Shown here: in pieces, positions 47,764-60,300 of the stretch | Position numbering within the stretch: position 1 is the first letter of the stretch | How the letters are laid out: every line of letters starts with the position of its first letter | NCBI GenBank assembly: GCA_001643675.2 | Contig: LSRY02000005.1 | Span: 620,001 to 684,000, forward strand | Origin: Monocercomonoides exilis PA203 | Lineage: Eukaryota > Protista > Preaxostyla | Direction: 5' to 3' | DNA length: 64,000 nucleotides | Position numbers and translations under genes: made by a program | The notes under the pieces: model-generated | Told to the model about the DNA's origin: nothing | Seen by the model: the letters and a program-made list of their open reading frames with translations, nothing else | The model's database searches: none

Positions 47764-50700
47764 CTAAATATCCCCCAATATTGAGTGGGGAAAGATTCTA
47801 TTGAACTCAGAGCTGTTTCTCTCGGGATGGAAGACAAATGAATGGAACTTGTCTGCTTGGGAAGGAGGAGGCGGTGGAGGAGGAGGAGGAGTTCTTTTCT
47901 TTGCAGATGACACCTCAGCAGCATTCTTCGCTCTTTCTTTCGCAATCTTCTTCGTTTTGCTCTGCTTCTCTTTGTTTTGCACTCCTTTTTTGCTCCTCTC
48001 AGCTTTCACTTGCAATGAAACTTCCTTTTTTTGCTGTGTTGCATCGTCCTTTTCATGTTCATTGTTCACTTCTTGTTGTGTCTGATTGAACGACAAAGAC
48101 GAAGAAGTCTCCACTTCTCCTTGCTTCTTGTTGCTCTGCTCCTTCGCCGTTTCCTTGTGATATTTATCCTTTCTCACATTCTTCTCATCATTTTCTTTGA
48201 ATTCTTTCAATTCTTTCAATTCCTTTGACTCTTCTTCATTCTCAGTCATCTGCCCCAAAATGATTCCTGTGAACAGCTTTCGCAGCGCCTCTGCTGTTTC
48301 GTCCCATTTCTGCCTCACTCGCCGAACAAGCTCTGAATCTGTCACACTCTTTGGTGGATGGCGAATTCTTGACTGGGAAGAAGAAGAGGAATAGGAAGAG
48401 AAGGAAGATGAAGAAGAAGAAGCAGAAGCAGAAGCAGAAGCAGAAGCAGAAGCAGAAGCAGAAGCAGAAGCAGAAGAGGAGGAAGAGGAAGCAGAATGTC
48501 CGAAAGAAGAGGACAATGAAAAAGCGCCATCGTTTCTTCCTGAAGATGCAGCAGAAGACGAAGAAAGATTCGTTTTTTCGCTTTCAGAAGGAGTCAATTG
48601 ATTATTTGAAGCAGACAATTTAGAAGCAATTTGAGTGTTGTTTGTGTTTGTCTTCGTCTGCACACGAACAGGCGATGGGATGATGCGGATCTTCGGAACA
48701 GGAGAAGGAGAAGGAGAAACTTTGTTTTTGGCAGATGGAGAAGGAGAAGGAGATGAGGAAGAGGATGAGGAAGAAAAGGAGGAAGAAAAAGAGGAGGAAG
48801 AAGAAGAAGCAGAAGCCATTGGTGGTGGTGAAGGAAGAGGGAAGAAACGAGAAGGTGTCTGAACAGAAGAGATATGCTGAGAAGGAGCGGATTGAGTGTG
48901 TTTGTTGGCAGACGGTGGAGAAGTGAATAATGGTCTGTTTGATGACTGTGAGGGAGAAGAAGATGCATTTGATGTGCCAATAGATGAAGAAGAAGAGGGA
49001 GAAGAAGAAGAAGAAGAAGAAGAAAGAGGTGGAGGAACAGTTGCAGTTTTTGGATTTGGCGTAGAAAGAAGAGGCTGTGGCTGCAACTGTCTCTTGTTTT
49101 GTTGTTGCTTTTTTGGTGTCTTTTGCTGCTGTTCAGAAGCAGATGAAGAAGAAGTTGAAGGAGCTGAAGGAAGAGAAGGAAGAGAAGGAGCTTGAGCATT
49201 CTGAAGAAGCGGCTGTTGATTAGCTTCTTTTTTCACAATTGTTTTTGGCGACTTCTGTTTTGGAGGAGGAGAAAGAGAATTCTTCTTTGGCTGTGGCTGA
49301 AGTGGCATCAGTGTTTGATTGGCAGTTGAAGAAGGAGATGAAGACGAATACGAAGACGATGATTGAAGTGAAAGAGAATGTGAATTGGATAAAGAAGAAG
49401 AGGAAGAAGAGGAAGAGGAAGAAGCAGAGGAGGCAAGTGAAAAGGTTTGAGATGACTGCTTCGATTCTGATGATGTGTGTGTTGTGGCTGTGGCTGTAGA
49501 TGAAGAAGAAATATTTGTATTCTGTTCAGCAGGAGAATGACCAGCAAGCAGAGGAGGCAGAGGAAAAGCATTAGAATGTGCAGATTGAGCGATTGAGCGT
49601 TGAGAATTGGAAGCTGAAGGTGAAGAAGATGAAGAAGATGAAGCAGAAGATTCTTTGTTTGTGTTTGATGAAGAAGAGCTTCCTTGTTTCTGAGACTGAC
49701 CTGACTGTTCAGGTGCAGCGGAAGGAGGAAGAGCATAAGAAGGTGGCTGTCCAAGCAAAGAAGAAGCGTGGTGGGATGAAGAAGATGCAGAATTATTAGA
49801 AACAGAATTATTATTATTACTATTATTTTTAGCAGCAGCAGAAGAAGAAGCACATGGGCTTGCCTTTGAAGCGTTCACTGCATTTGCACTGGCTGTCTGT
49901 CCGGATGATTGGACAGCTTTCTGTTCTTGTTTCATTCGGCTGAACAGCTCCAGAAGCGTCCGCGACGAAGGTGAAATGGGGCGAGTTGTATTAACATCAT
50001 TTGAGACAATTGAATTCTCTGAAGAATTTGTTGAGTGCGAAGATAAAGCACTGGATTGAATGCTGGCAGAAGATTGTTGAGAGGCTGCAAGAGGAAGAGA
50101 CGGATAAGAAGATTCCCGCTTGATTGAAGTGTTTTGGTTTTGAACGGGCTGGGAAGAAGCACTTGAATGATTGGAAGATATTTCTGTTTTCAAGAAACTG
50201 GATGCGTTTTGAGATGATACATCTGTTGAGCGTGAAGATGAAGACAAAGAAGATTGAGAATTAGCTGTGTTGCTGCTATTTGAAGACCCTGAAGAAGTTG
50301 AAGCTGAAGCTACACTTTGCTGATGTTGCTTCGGACGAGGTATTATTTGAATTTTCAATTTTCCTTGTTGAAATATTTCTTCGCTGGATTTTCCTTTAGA
50401 TTTTTTCTTTCCTGCCTGTAGTGTAGCATTTTTATTTAGAATAGAAAGCATTGCAGGAGAAACTGTCATGGGAATTGTCGGAGTTGGAGTTGGTGAAGGA
50501 CCTGATGAACTTCTAGATAGCGATGCAGATCCTTTTCTTGAAGGTGTTGATGTTGGTCTAGACGCATCTGCTGCCTTCAATTCAGCAATGCACTGATTAA
50601 TAATGCTTGCTGCTTTGTCTCTTTCTTCTGGATCAAAAAACCAAAAGCCTCGAATTATTGATTCCTCATCCGTAAAATATATGTAATTTGCTAACGTTAG

Positions 50701-51071
50701 CTCTATTAGTGTATCCTTTGTTAAAGCTAAAATTTTCAAAAGTGAATAAAGTGTAATAAAAAAATACAACTGAACTTTACAACAATGCAAACCATATGAT
50801 GAATCTTTTAAAGATTTCTGATTCAAAATAAGGACTCCAAAGCGCGGTTCGCTGTCTCTTTCGTAAAAATAAAGTGGACCTTCTATTTCTTTTCGTTTCT
50901 AGAAAAATAGTAATTCATGTACGTGAATAGACACAAAAATATTCATTTACAAACCCATTCCTCTCGAGGCTTTTCAATAAATTCGTATTCTCGAACTAAA
51001 GTACATTTCCCACGTATTTTGATAATTCCAGGTACAATGTTGCGAAGGCTATCACGTTCTGGTGAAGACAT
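47764..51071 (-). CDS. DCP1: mRNA-decapping cofactor DCP1-like protein (N-terminal EVH1 domain, long Ser/Pro/Gln-rich tail)
   Basis: Spliced N-terminus MSSPERDSLRNIVPGIIKI...EYEF..EEW/KRKEIEGPLYFYERDSEPRFGVLILNQKS...YIYF...IRGFWF fits the DCP1 EVH1 pattern. It is followed by ~900 aa of low-complexity sequence. The 3' end may include further exons. Confidence 0.78.
48419..48476. repeat. (GAAGCA)n hexamer microsatellite encoding (Ser-Ala)n in DCP1
   Basis: About nine tandem units seen directly. Confidence 0.9.
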
Positions 51072-51302
51072 TTGTGGAAAACAGCAAATATGTCAGATCT
51101 GGCAATCTATATGAATATTATGGGATTTTCTGATTTTGCGATACAAGCGTGAATATGTGAGCAATGAAAAAGAAAAGGAATGAACTTTCTTTCTGAGTGA
51201 ATAATCAAATAAAACAAATGAGTTTAGAGAACGATAACGTGCCTATGGGAAATACCCACTGTTTGAGTTTGTGATCTTACTCTACTTAATAATTCAGTGA
51301 TA
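51072..51302. promoter_or_regulatory. Putative compact bidirectional promoter between DCP1 and GCN1
   Basis: Divergent inferred ATGs at 51071 (-) and 51303 (+). No specific motif identified. Confidence 0.4.
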
Positions 51303-54300
51303 ATGTCTGAAATAGACGACAAATCACTGATTAAAAGAGATAATCGCTCAATATTTAGTGGAGAATTCGACGAACTTGTAGATTTAATATCGGACGATGG
51401 TTAATTATTATTCAATCTTAAAAATTATGTATTATTGCAATTTTTATTTGTAAAAAATATTTTATCATAATATAGGTCCATTGTCCAATTTAAATGCTAT
51501 AGCTAAATCTTTTTTCCGTTTGACGAATGCAATCTTAAGAGAAAGCAATGTTAAACGGATGAAGAAGCATTTATATTTATATCACAAACATGTCAAACGA
51601 GCTCTTTCCAAAGTTTGAAAAACGCAATGTTTTTCTTATATATGAATTAAAATTTGCTATTTTAAACAGAATTCAGAACTTTTTCAGGAAATACTTGATT
51701 GGAGCTGTCAACAAGCTCAAGATCATCCTTTCTCTTCAGTGCTTCTTTCTGCTTGCACCGCACATGCAATGATGCAAATATCAAATGAACGGTATAGCAA
51801 AAACAATAAAAAACAAATGAAAAGTGAAACAGAATCTTCGACTCAGCAGAATTCAAACGAAATTTTATCAATTGAGGATATATCAAAAATAATTGAAGAA
51901 AAAATGCTTCAACTTTCATCTCCCGATGCTGAAAAAACCTCAGCTTTCTCTATAATTAAGGCAATCATTTCGTCATCTGAATCAGCAAATGAATTTATTT
52001 ATACTCTTCCCTATTTCACTCCGCTTTCAAATTATATTTCGAAGAGTCGCAATCACAAAACAGCTCTTCAAACTCCATTTTCCATATTTATTTCATTGTT
52101 TTATTTGAATGAATCACATACACTTCAAATAGTTGAGAGGATCATTTCATTGCTTGATGCTGGAGTTAAACGGTTTGAACAAATTTTTAAAATAATTCGA
52201 ATTGAAATTTTGTTTTGTGACTTTTTTTTTCAAATAATGTGATTGAAACATATTTTGATGAAACATTTTGTTATTTACAGGAATGCCAATAACACAGTCA
52301 TCTTTCTTAACCACTTTCTTTCCACACTTTATTCTAATCATCTCACAACATCTATACAACCTTCAAATGGAATTGCCAATTCAACTTTTGGCAATTCATC
52401 TAATGCTGATGCCTCATCGTCTGCATCGTCCTCAGCATCTGCGTCAGCTTCCTCTTCTGATTCATCGTTAACTTCATTGAAAAGCGACGTTGCTGACAAG
52501 ACTCCACGGCCTTTGCTGCCAATAAGCATTCTTCATTCAATCTTTGAAGTTGTGAGAAAGATCTTTCAAGACTTCACACTTTACCTCAGCTCTTCTCTTG
52601 CTTTGTCCTCTTCTTCCTCATCCGAAGCTACTCAGACGCAATCTTCTTCTTCTTCATCGTCTGAGCCTTCCTTTTCTCGCCTCTTAAACATCTCAAACTC
52701 CGTCGCCACGCTCGTCGGCACACTCACCAGCTGCTTCATGGTCCACCAGTATTATCATTCATCCTCTTCAGCAGAGGCAGCCTCTGAAGCTGAGGCCAAA
52801 AGCGAGTCTGCAGATGCCCCATCTCCATTGTCCAGCCTCATTGGTGAGTTTGCTTCTCTGTTTGAGCAGTTGGAGTCTTTGAATTCTGTCCCGTCGCGTT
52901 CGTGCTTCTTCGACTCCCTCAGCTGCGCTGCCTCGTCTGTGCATGCATTCATCAGCTCCATCACAACAGATCACAGTGAATTCACTGCCTGTGACGATGT
53001 CTTCACACAGAAGAGAGTAAGCAGCCAGACGAATGCGCCAAAGAAAGCTATCTCTTTCTCATACAGATACTCATTCACACACACAATGACAGCAGTCTCA
53101 TCCACTTATTCCTTCTTCCGCCCGCTTTATTTCATCTGCAGTAGCAACAGCACATCCAATGCAAATGTCATAAGCCGATCTCAAATGCCCCACTTCCTCC
53201 TTTCTGTGATGCCTCTGCTGGTGACTGTGAGCGACACCCTTGTCATCCACCTCCACAAAGAAAAGCAGAGTTTCTTCGGAAAGCTGCGTGAGTCGCAGGA
53301 CGTCCTCCGCTCAGTCGACGCAGTGGGAAAGTGGAATTCTCTCCTGCTGCATTCATTTCTGGCTGTGGAAGGTATGTTGAAAGCACACCAAACACAAGCA
53401 CAGAGCGAAGAACTGGCTGCTGCTGACAAGATGTTGATGGCACAGCTGAATGAGTCGATTGAGGAAGCGAAAAAAATCGAAGCTGAACTGAAGTCCAAAG
53501 TCGAAGGCGAAACGCCAGCCGCTCCTGCAAACACTGCAGGAAAAGCCGCAAAAGGCTCTTCTCAGCAAAAGCCGAAAAAAGGCAGTGCAAAAGATGCCTC
53601 CTCTTCCTCTGCCTCTTCCTCATCCCCACAAATCCAGCTGCTGATTGGACAGGACACCTCAAAGACAGTCGCCAACATCTTCTCCTTCTATCAGGACTTG
53701 CTCAAATGCGGCTCAGGTGATGCAGCGCGCAAAAGCACACTTCAGTCTCTTCTTCTGTGTGTGGACATGGCATCTGACATCTCCTATGCTCTATCCACAG
53801 ACAAGAATTCTCAGTCTCTTTTTGCACAGCCGCCGAGTGTGCACTGCTTGTGTGTTTTGTTTGCGAAGCTGCCGATCTGCCAGCAGATGGAGGCATTGGC
53901 AGTGAAAGAGACAGGAAAAGCACCAATAAGAGCAGAACAGATGATCTCTTCGTTGGTGCTAATGAAGATATACTCCTCTTATGAATGCACTCAGAACAGC
54001 TCATATTCTCTTCCTCTTCCGTCTGCTGAAGGAGAGGGCGAGGCAGGCAATCCAGAGGCGATGAAGCAGATAGCACAGTCAATGCAGCAGGTGCAGAAAG
54101 AGAGAGAAAGGCTCTTCAAGCTATTGCATCCGATGCTGTCTAAACCAGCGCATCTCTTCAACCAGATGAATGGCATGTTCAGCCAGTCATTTGCAGACGC
54201 TGCTGTTCAGCTGGGAATCATCCGCCTCTTTCTGTTGGACTTCGAATGGAAGCAGCTCTTTCTGAAGAGCGATCTGCTGTTTGTCGAAGGCTCCCGCACA

Positions 54301-57300
54301 ACTTCAACAGCAGCGGCAGATGCAGCTGTTTCATCTCTTCCCTCTGCCATCAATCCAACTGCCCCTCTTTATTCTCTGATTGTTGCACTCTTCCTGTCAG
54401 CAGATGAGTCAGTGAGGATGGAGATGAGGCTGCTGTGGAAGCAGGCTGTGACACTCCCTGAGTCACTCATGATGCTGCAGGACTTGCCTGACTTGGCAGA
54501 AAACGAGGCATCTTCTTCTTCCTCCTCCTCCTCATCTTCTTCTTCTTCAAAGAACGCTATTTCACCATCTGCTGGCTGTGTCACTGCCCCTTCCTTGTAC
54601 CAGCTGTCTTCTACTTCTTCCTTGTCTCTTATGCCTCGCCAGGAAGAAGTCAGATACATCCGCAAGAGGCTCATCGATGCGATGATGGATGCCTTTGTCA
54701 CACAAATATCACCCATCCCAATCTCTGCTTATATCTCAACAACAAACCTGGCTGCACTGCTGGAGCCATCGACTGCTGCATCCACAGCTGCTGCTACTTC
54801 AATGCTGACTGCTTCTGCTTCTGCTTCTTCCTCTTCCTCTTCCTCTTCCTCTTCCTCTTCCTCTTCCTCTTCCTCTTCCTCTTCTTCTACAGACACTTCA
54901 AACACCAATCCAGTCATTGATCCCTTCTCTTCCTCTTCATCCTCCTCCTCTTCCTTATCCACACCACAACAAGCACCTCCTTCTCTCTACTTCTCCCTCT
55001 CTTCCGCACACAATGCCATCTTCACCCCTTCCCGTCAGATTCCTCTGTGGCGTCTGCTCAGCCCATTGATGGCTGTTGTTGAAGGATGCGCCACTGAATA
55101 CGGACTGGTAGAGCAGATACAGAAGCTACAGGAGATGAGAAAGAACCTACCAAAACAGGAGAAGCAAGGCGGACAGCAATCAGAAGCAGAAAAGCCGAAG
55201 GAGAAGAAGGACAAGAAGAAAGAGGACAAATCAACTGCTGCCAAAGTGAATGTTCCTTCCACAGTGACAGGGCCACAAGGCACACACCCTCTCTTCTTCA
55301 CCTCTTCTGAGTGCCAATCGCTGCTCATCCTCACACACTCACCGCTGCTGACACATCTTCCTCTGTTCCCCACATATTCTGCACCTTCTGACCCATCCAT
55401 CTTCTACTCCTCTTCCATGTTCACTCACCCTGCGTCCCATGCATGGAACCAGCTGTGCAACAGATGCCCTGCCCTCTTTGCGTCTGTCGAAGGAGCAGCT
55501 GATGTCATCTCAGAGAAGATGCTTGTGGCCGAAGGAGGGAAAGGAGGACTGCTTGCTGAGTGGCATAGCTGGTGGATGAATGAGAAGAAGGAGAAGGAAG
55601 CGTCTTCACAGCAATCTTCTGCTTCTTCTTCTCAATCGAATGGAGGAGCATCACAAACATCATCTGCATCTGCTTCATCAGATGCTTCTGGTGCAAGCGC
55701 ATCATCATCATCATCATTAGATTCCTCTTCCCAAATAATCAAATCTGACTCCTCTGCCATCCCATCCCCAACATCTTCTGTTGTTGCCTCGTCTGTCCTC
55801 TCTGCCCTTCAAACACTGTCCATCCAGCTTCCTACGCCATCTGCCTCATTCATCGCCCAGAATGCTGCTGCTCTTCTGAAAGAAAGAGTCAAAGTGCTTC
55901 TGCCAGCCATCGACAAAAAGGCACGCAAAGCAGGGCAGACAGGCGCAGCTGTGGCATCTTCATCGTCTGACAGCGAGGCAGGGCTGGCAGCAGATGGAGG
56001 GATAGCCATCACAAGATATGAACTGGAGCTTCTGTTTGCAGCTGATGACAATGTGCTCATTCCGAGGTCAGATGAAGAGATCCTGCTGCTGCAGACAGCT
56101 CGTGGAGTTATTCAGAGTATGTGCTGGTGGAGATGATGATGAGTTGTTGGGAAAGATGGAAATGGTTGGATTTTGAAAGTATTTGTGGAATTGTGAGTGT
56201 GAAAGAGATTAAGAAAGAAAGAAAGAAAGAAAGATTCAATTTGATTTATATGATAAAAGCATATTTATTATTATTATTATTATTTAATGATTTTATTGTG
56301 ATGTATTTCAGCTACAAAGAACGTTCGCAGAGACAAAGGACAGAAAGGGCTGTATTCAGTGGAGGATGAGATATGGGAAAGAGAACAACGAGAAAAGGAA
56401 GACAAAATCAAAATGGTGTGGAATTGTTAGAAACATGATTTTTTTGTTTGACAAGAGAGAGAAAAAAGATAAAGAAATAGCACTTTTTGCAAGTGTTTAT
56501 AGAAATAATATGCTTTCTTTGAAAATATACTGTTTTTCTTATTTAATTTTCCATTCATTTTTTATTTCTCTATTTGATATTTTGATTCTTTGTATGAACT
56601 TATCAAACGTTCAGAAAGCTGAAGCTGAGGCAAAAGTGAAAGAGTTGATTGCCAAACAGAAGCTGACCAAGAAGAAAGTGGCAACAATGTTCCAGACAGT
56701 GAACTATGCATTGAAGGTATGTGTTTCTGGATGATGAATGACGCAATCGTATTTATATGTCTATTTTTAATGAAATTAAAATATTTATTGGAATTGAAAT
56801 GAATTTTAATAGCAATGATGATTGTTTCATTATTCTTTGTTATTTTTTAATAACATATCACTCATTTATTATTATTATTATTTTCTTCCTCAAATGATAT
56901 TTCTTTCTCTTCCCCTTTTCGCAGACTCTTTCTCAAGTGGCTCGCTCTTCTCCTGAAGCAATTGAGCCACAGCTTCATGACATCGTTCCTGTTGTTATCA
57001 GCTGCCTTCAGCTTCCCGTGTGGTACGAAAGTGCATCAGTTTGTAATTATCCTATTCCTATTTTGAATTTTCATACTGTTTTTTACTTTAAACTTTTTAT
57101 ATTTTTGTATTATTCTTTTTGTTATCTGCAAAATATCATCTCTTTTCTTCAAATCTTCCATCCACAAAACACAAAATACACATCATTAGGATTTTCTGTA
57201 TGCAGCATGCGAAGGAATAACTCCAATTCCTCTTCGCATTGCACTCTTCGGCATTCTTCCAAAGGCACTGACAAGGCTGTTTGCATATGACTCAGATTAT

Positions 57301-60300
57301 TACAAGACTCCCACACAAAGCTTCTTAAGGAGCATCACTGCAAAACAGAGTGTTGCAAGCACTTCGACAAAGAAAGGAGAGAAAGATGCTGAAGAAGGAG
57401 GAGAAGGAGAAGACGGAGATGATGAGAAAGAAGGCGAAGATGGAAAGAAAGAAAAAGAAGGTGATGAAGGAGCAGACAAAGAAGACGATGATGACTCGGA
57501 TTCTGAAGATTCCGATTCAGACTCAGACTCAGAGGAGAAAGAGAACGAAGAGAAGAACAAGAAGAAGGAAGTACCTCTTCATCTGATTGTCATGCGGATC
57601 TTCATAGCATTTGAGAAGAATCGTGTTCAGTCCTCAAACGGCGATGATGAGAGCCAAATTATGACACTTTCACCTGCACACTTCAACCTTCTCTTGCCCA
57701 TCATCAAGTTCCACCTCCTCACTCAGTCCATCCACTCGCTCTTCCGCCCATTTGTAGCTCCTTCTTTTTCAGTGCTGGCTGCTCATTGCTCTCTGCCTTC
57801 GATGGACTATCTGCCTCGCTCTGAGATGCTCAGCACCTTAATTGCCCTGCTCCCCACACACAACTCTGCCATCCGCTCCACCCGCATCCCTTCCATCCCC
57901 ACAATCACCGTCGAGCACGTGATGGAGGCTGTGAACACACTTGTGCAGTCCACATCGTCCATTGAGAATCTCGTGCCCGCTTTTTCTGCTCTCAGCTCGT
58001 CATATCTAATGTGGCGGCGGTGCGGTCTTGAGGCTGTTCAGCAGGCGCTTCCTGTTCTGCTTCGTGGAAGTGAATGGAAGCGTGTGGAGACAGAGATTGC
58101 ACGAGGTGTGCAGTCACAGGAGAAAGTGAAGGAAGTGTCTGAGGCATCCGTCTTCTACCAGAATGTGATTAAGGAGATGATTCAGGTGATCTCTTCGCCT
58201 CTCTCTGACACAGACAGCACACTGAGGCATCTGATGCCTCCTCTGTCTGTCCAGGCACTGCGTGCACACTATGCCCATCTGATGGCTCTTATCTGGGAAC
58301 TGCGCTTCGACACGAACGGAGACAATGCAACACTGGCTGATGAGCTCTGGGAGATGATCGTGGTGAGCAAGCGCCACGATGCGGAGCGGAGGAACATGAG
58401 AGCCAGAAACAGCGGGGGAAAGAAGGTCGATCCAAAGAAGGAACCACTGGTGAAAGCAGAACTGCTGAGTGCGTTTGCGCTGATTGCGATGTTGTCGCAC
58501 AAAGACGAGGCGACAAGACGCCGTGTGGCGAATGCATTAGCAGCGATGGTGACGAAAGAGGAAGGGAAATCAAAGAAAGGAGGAGAGAAGAAACATGCCA
58601 TGAAGTCAAATGAAGGCGAAGGTGACGATGAAAGCAACAGCGAAGACGACGAGGATGATGAGAACTATCTTGCGACAGACGAAGAAATCAACGCATCTGG
58701 GCAGGTGATAAAGCCAATGATGCTTATCGACATTATGAAGAGATGGTATCTGTGCGAAGAAGAGAAAGACGATGAGGAGTTTGAATTGGATAAAAAGAAG
58801 AGGGAGAAGATCCAATCATTGAAGTTCATCAAGTCTCTCTCATCTTCTGCGACAATTTCAGCAGAGGTGATTCACAACGTGTTTATCGATCCTTATGCCA
58901 TCAATCTTACACGTGTTGCGAGGCTTCCGTCAGAAAGACTCACTTTCAGTGCACAACAGAGCAGAGAGAAGAGAGACAATGATGGAATGCTCACGTTGAT
59001 TGACCGCTTCCCTCTGTACACGCCGTTGGTTGGTGGTGTTGGTGCAGTCAGGAGCGGTATCGCTTTTGTGCTGAAGATGATCGCACCGTTCATTCCGTTT
59101 GTTCCTTTGAAGGCTCTAACTTCTCCAGCTCCACAACAGTCGCCTCAACAGTCTGCAAAACAGCAGAACCAGAGTGCTTCATCTCAGCAGCCACAACAGC
59201 AGCAGCAGCAACAACAACAGAAAAAGAAAGAACAACCCCAACAACAATCTCAATCTTCAACACAATCTCAACCACAGGCAAAGCAACAAAAACAACCTCA
59301 ACTACAACCACAACCTCAGCCGAAACAGCCACAACAGAAACAGCCTCAGCCTGCAGGTCAGCCCAAACAAGCACAGCCAAAGCCAACTGCTCAACCAAAA
59401 CCAAAACAACCACAGACACAGCCACAGGCTCAAAAACAGCCTCAACAACAAAAACAGACCCAGCCACAGGCACAGAAACAGAGCCAGCCTCAGAATCAGC
59501 CTCAAGCTCAAGCACAACAAAAACAACAAGTCAAAATTGTGCAGCCAAAGCCCCAACAGCCACAACAGGGATCACAGTCAGCGAAGCAACAACCTCAACA
59601 GCAGGCATCTTCTCAAAAGCAGCAGTCTTCTCAGCAACAGCAGCCATCAACAGCAATTCCAGCTCTTTCTGTCTTCCGCTTTTTGGTTGAAGAGTCGTTT
59701 GCACTCAGCGACGATATCAGCAGGAACACCCAGCACATGATATTCGCTGCCTGTGCCATCTTAGACCACTGCATTGCAAAGGAGAAAGCACTCAAACAGA
59801 AAGAAGCACTGAAGAAGCTCAGAGAAGAAGAGCGTCTGGCGTCGAATGTGCCTGTTCCCCTCAACGGGAAGCCTGTCAGCTCTTCCTCTGAGAAGTCAAA
59901 CATTGATCTTTCTTCAATCATTGTCGATCTTCAGCTCCCACTCATGTTCTATGCCATCATCGAGCCTTACATAGTGAAGAAAAAGGTGTCTTCAAGCGGA
60001 GAAACAAGATCGCGTTCTCCTTCTCCTTCGCCTTCTCCCACTCCAAACTCTCTTTCATCCAGCAGCGCATCTGCTCGTGGCTCGTCTCCTCTATCTGCAC
60101 CTGCTGCACAACACTCTGCCTCTCTAAATGAATCTTCTCTTCGAAATGACAGACTGGTTTCCTCTCTCATTTTGATTGCCTCGTCTCTTGTGCAATACAT
60201 TCCAGCCACATCTCCTCAGACAAGCAGCTTGCTGTCAATCATCATATCTTCACTCTCCATTCCATCACAACATGTCCAGCAGTCCTGTTCTCTTGCTCTC

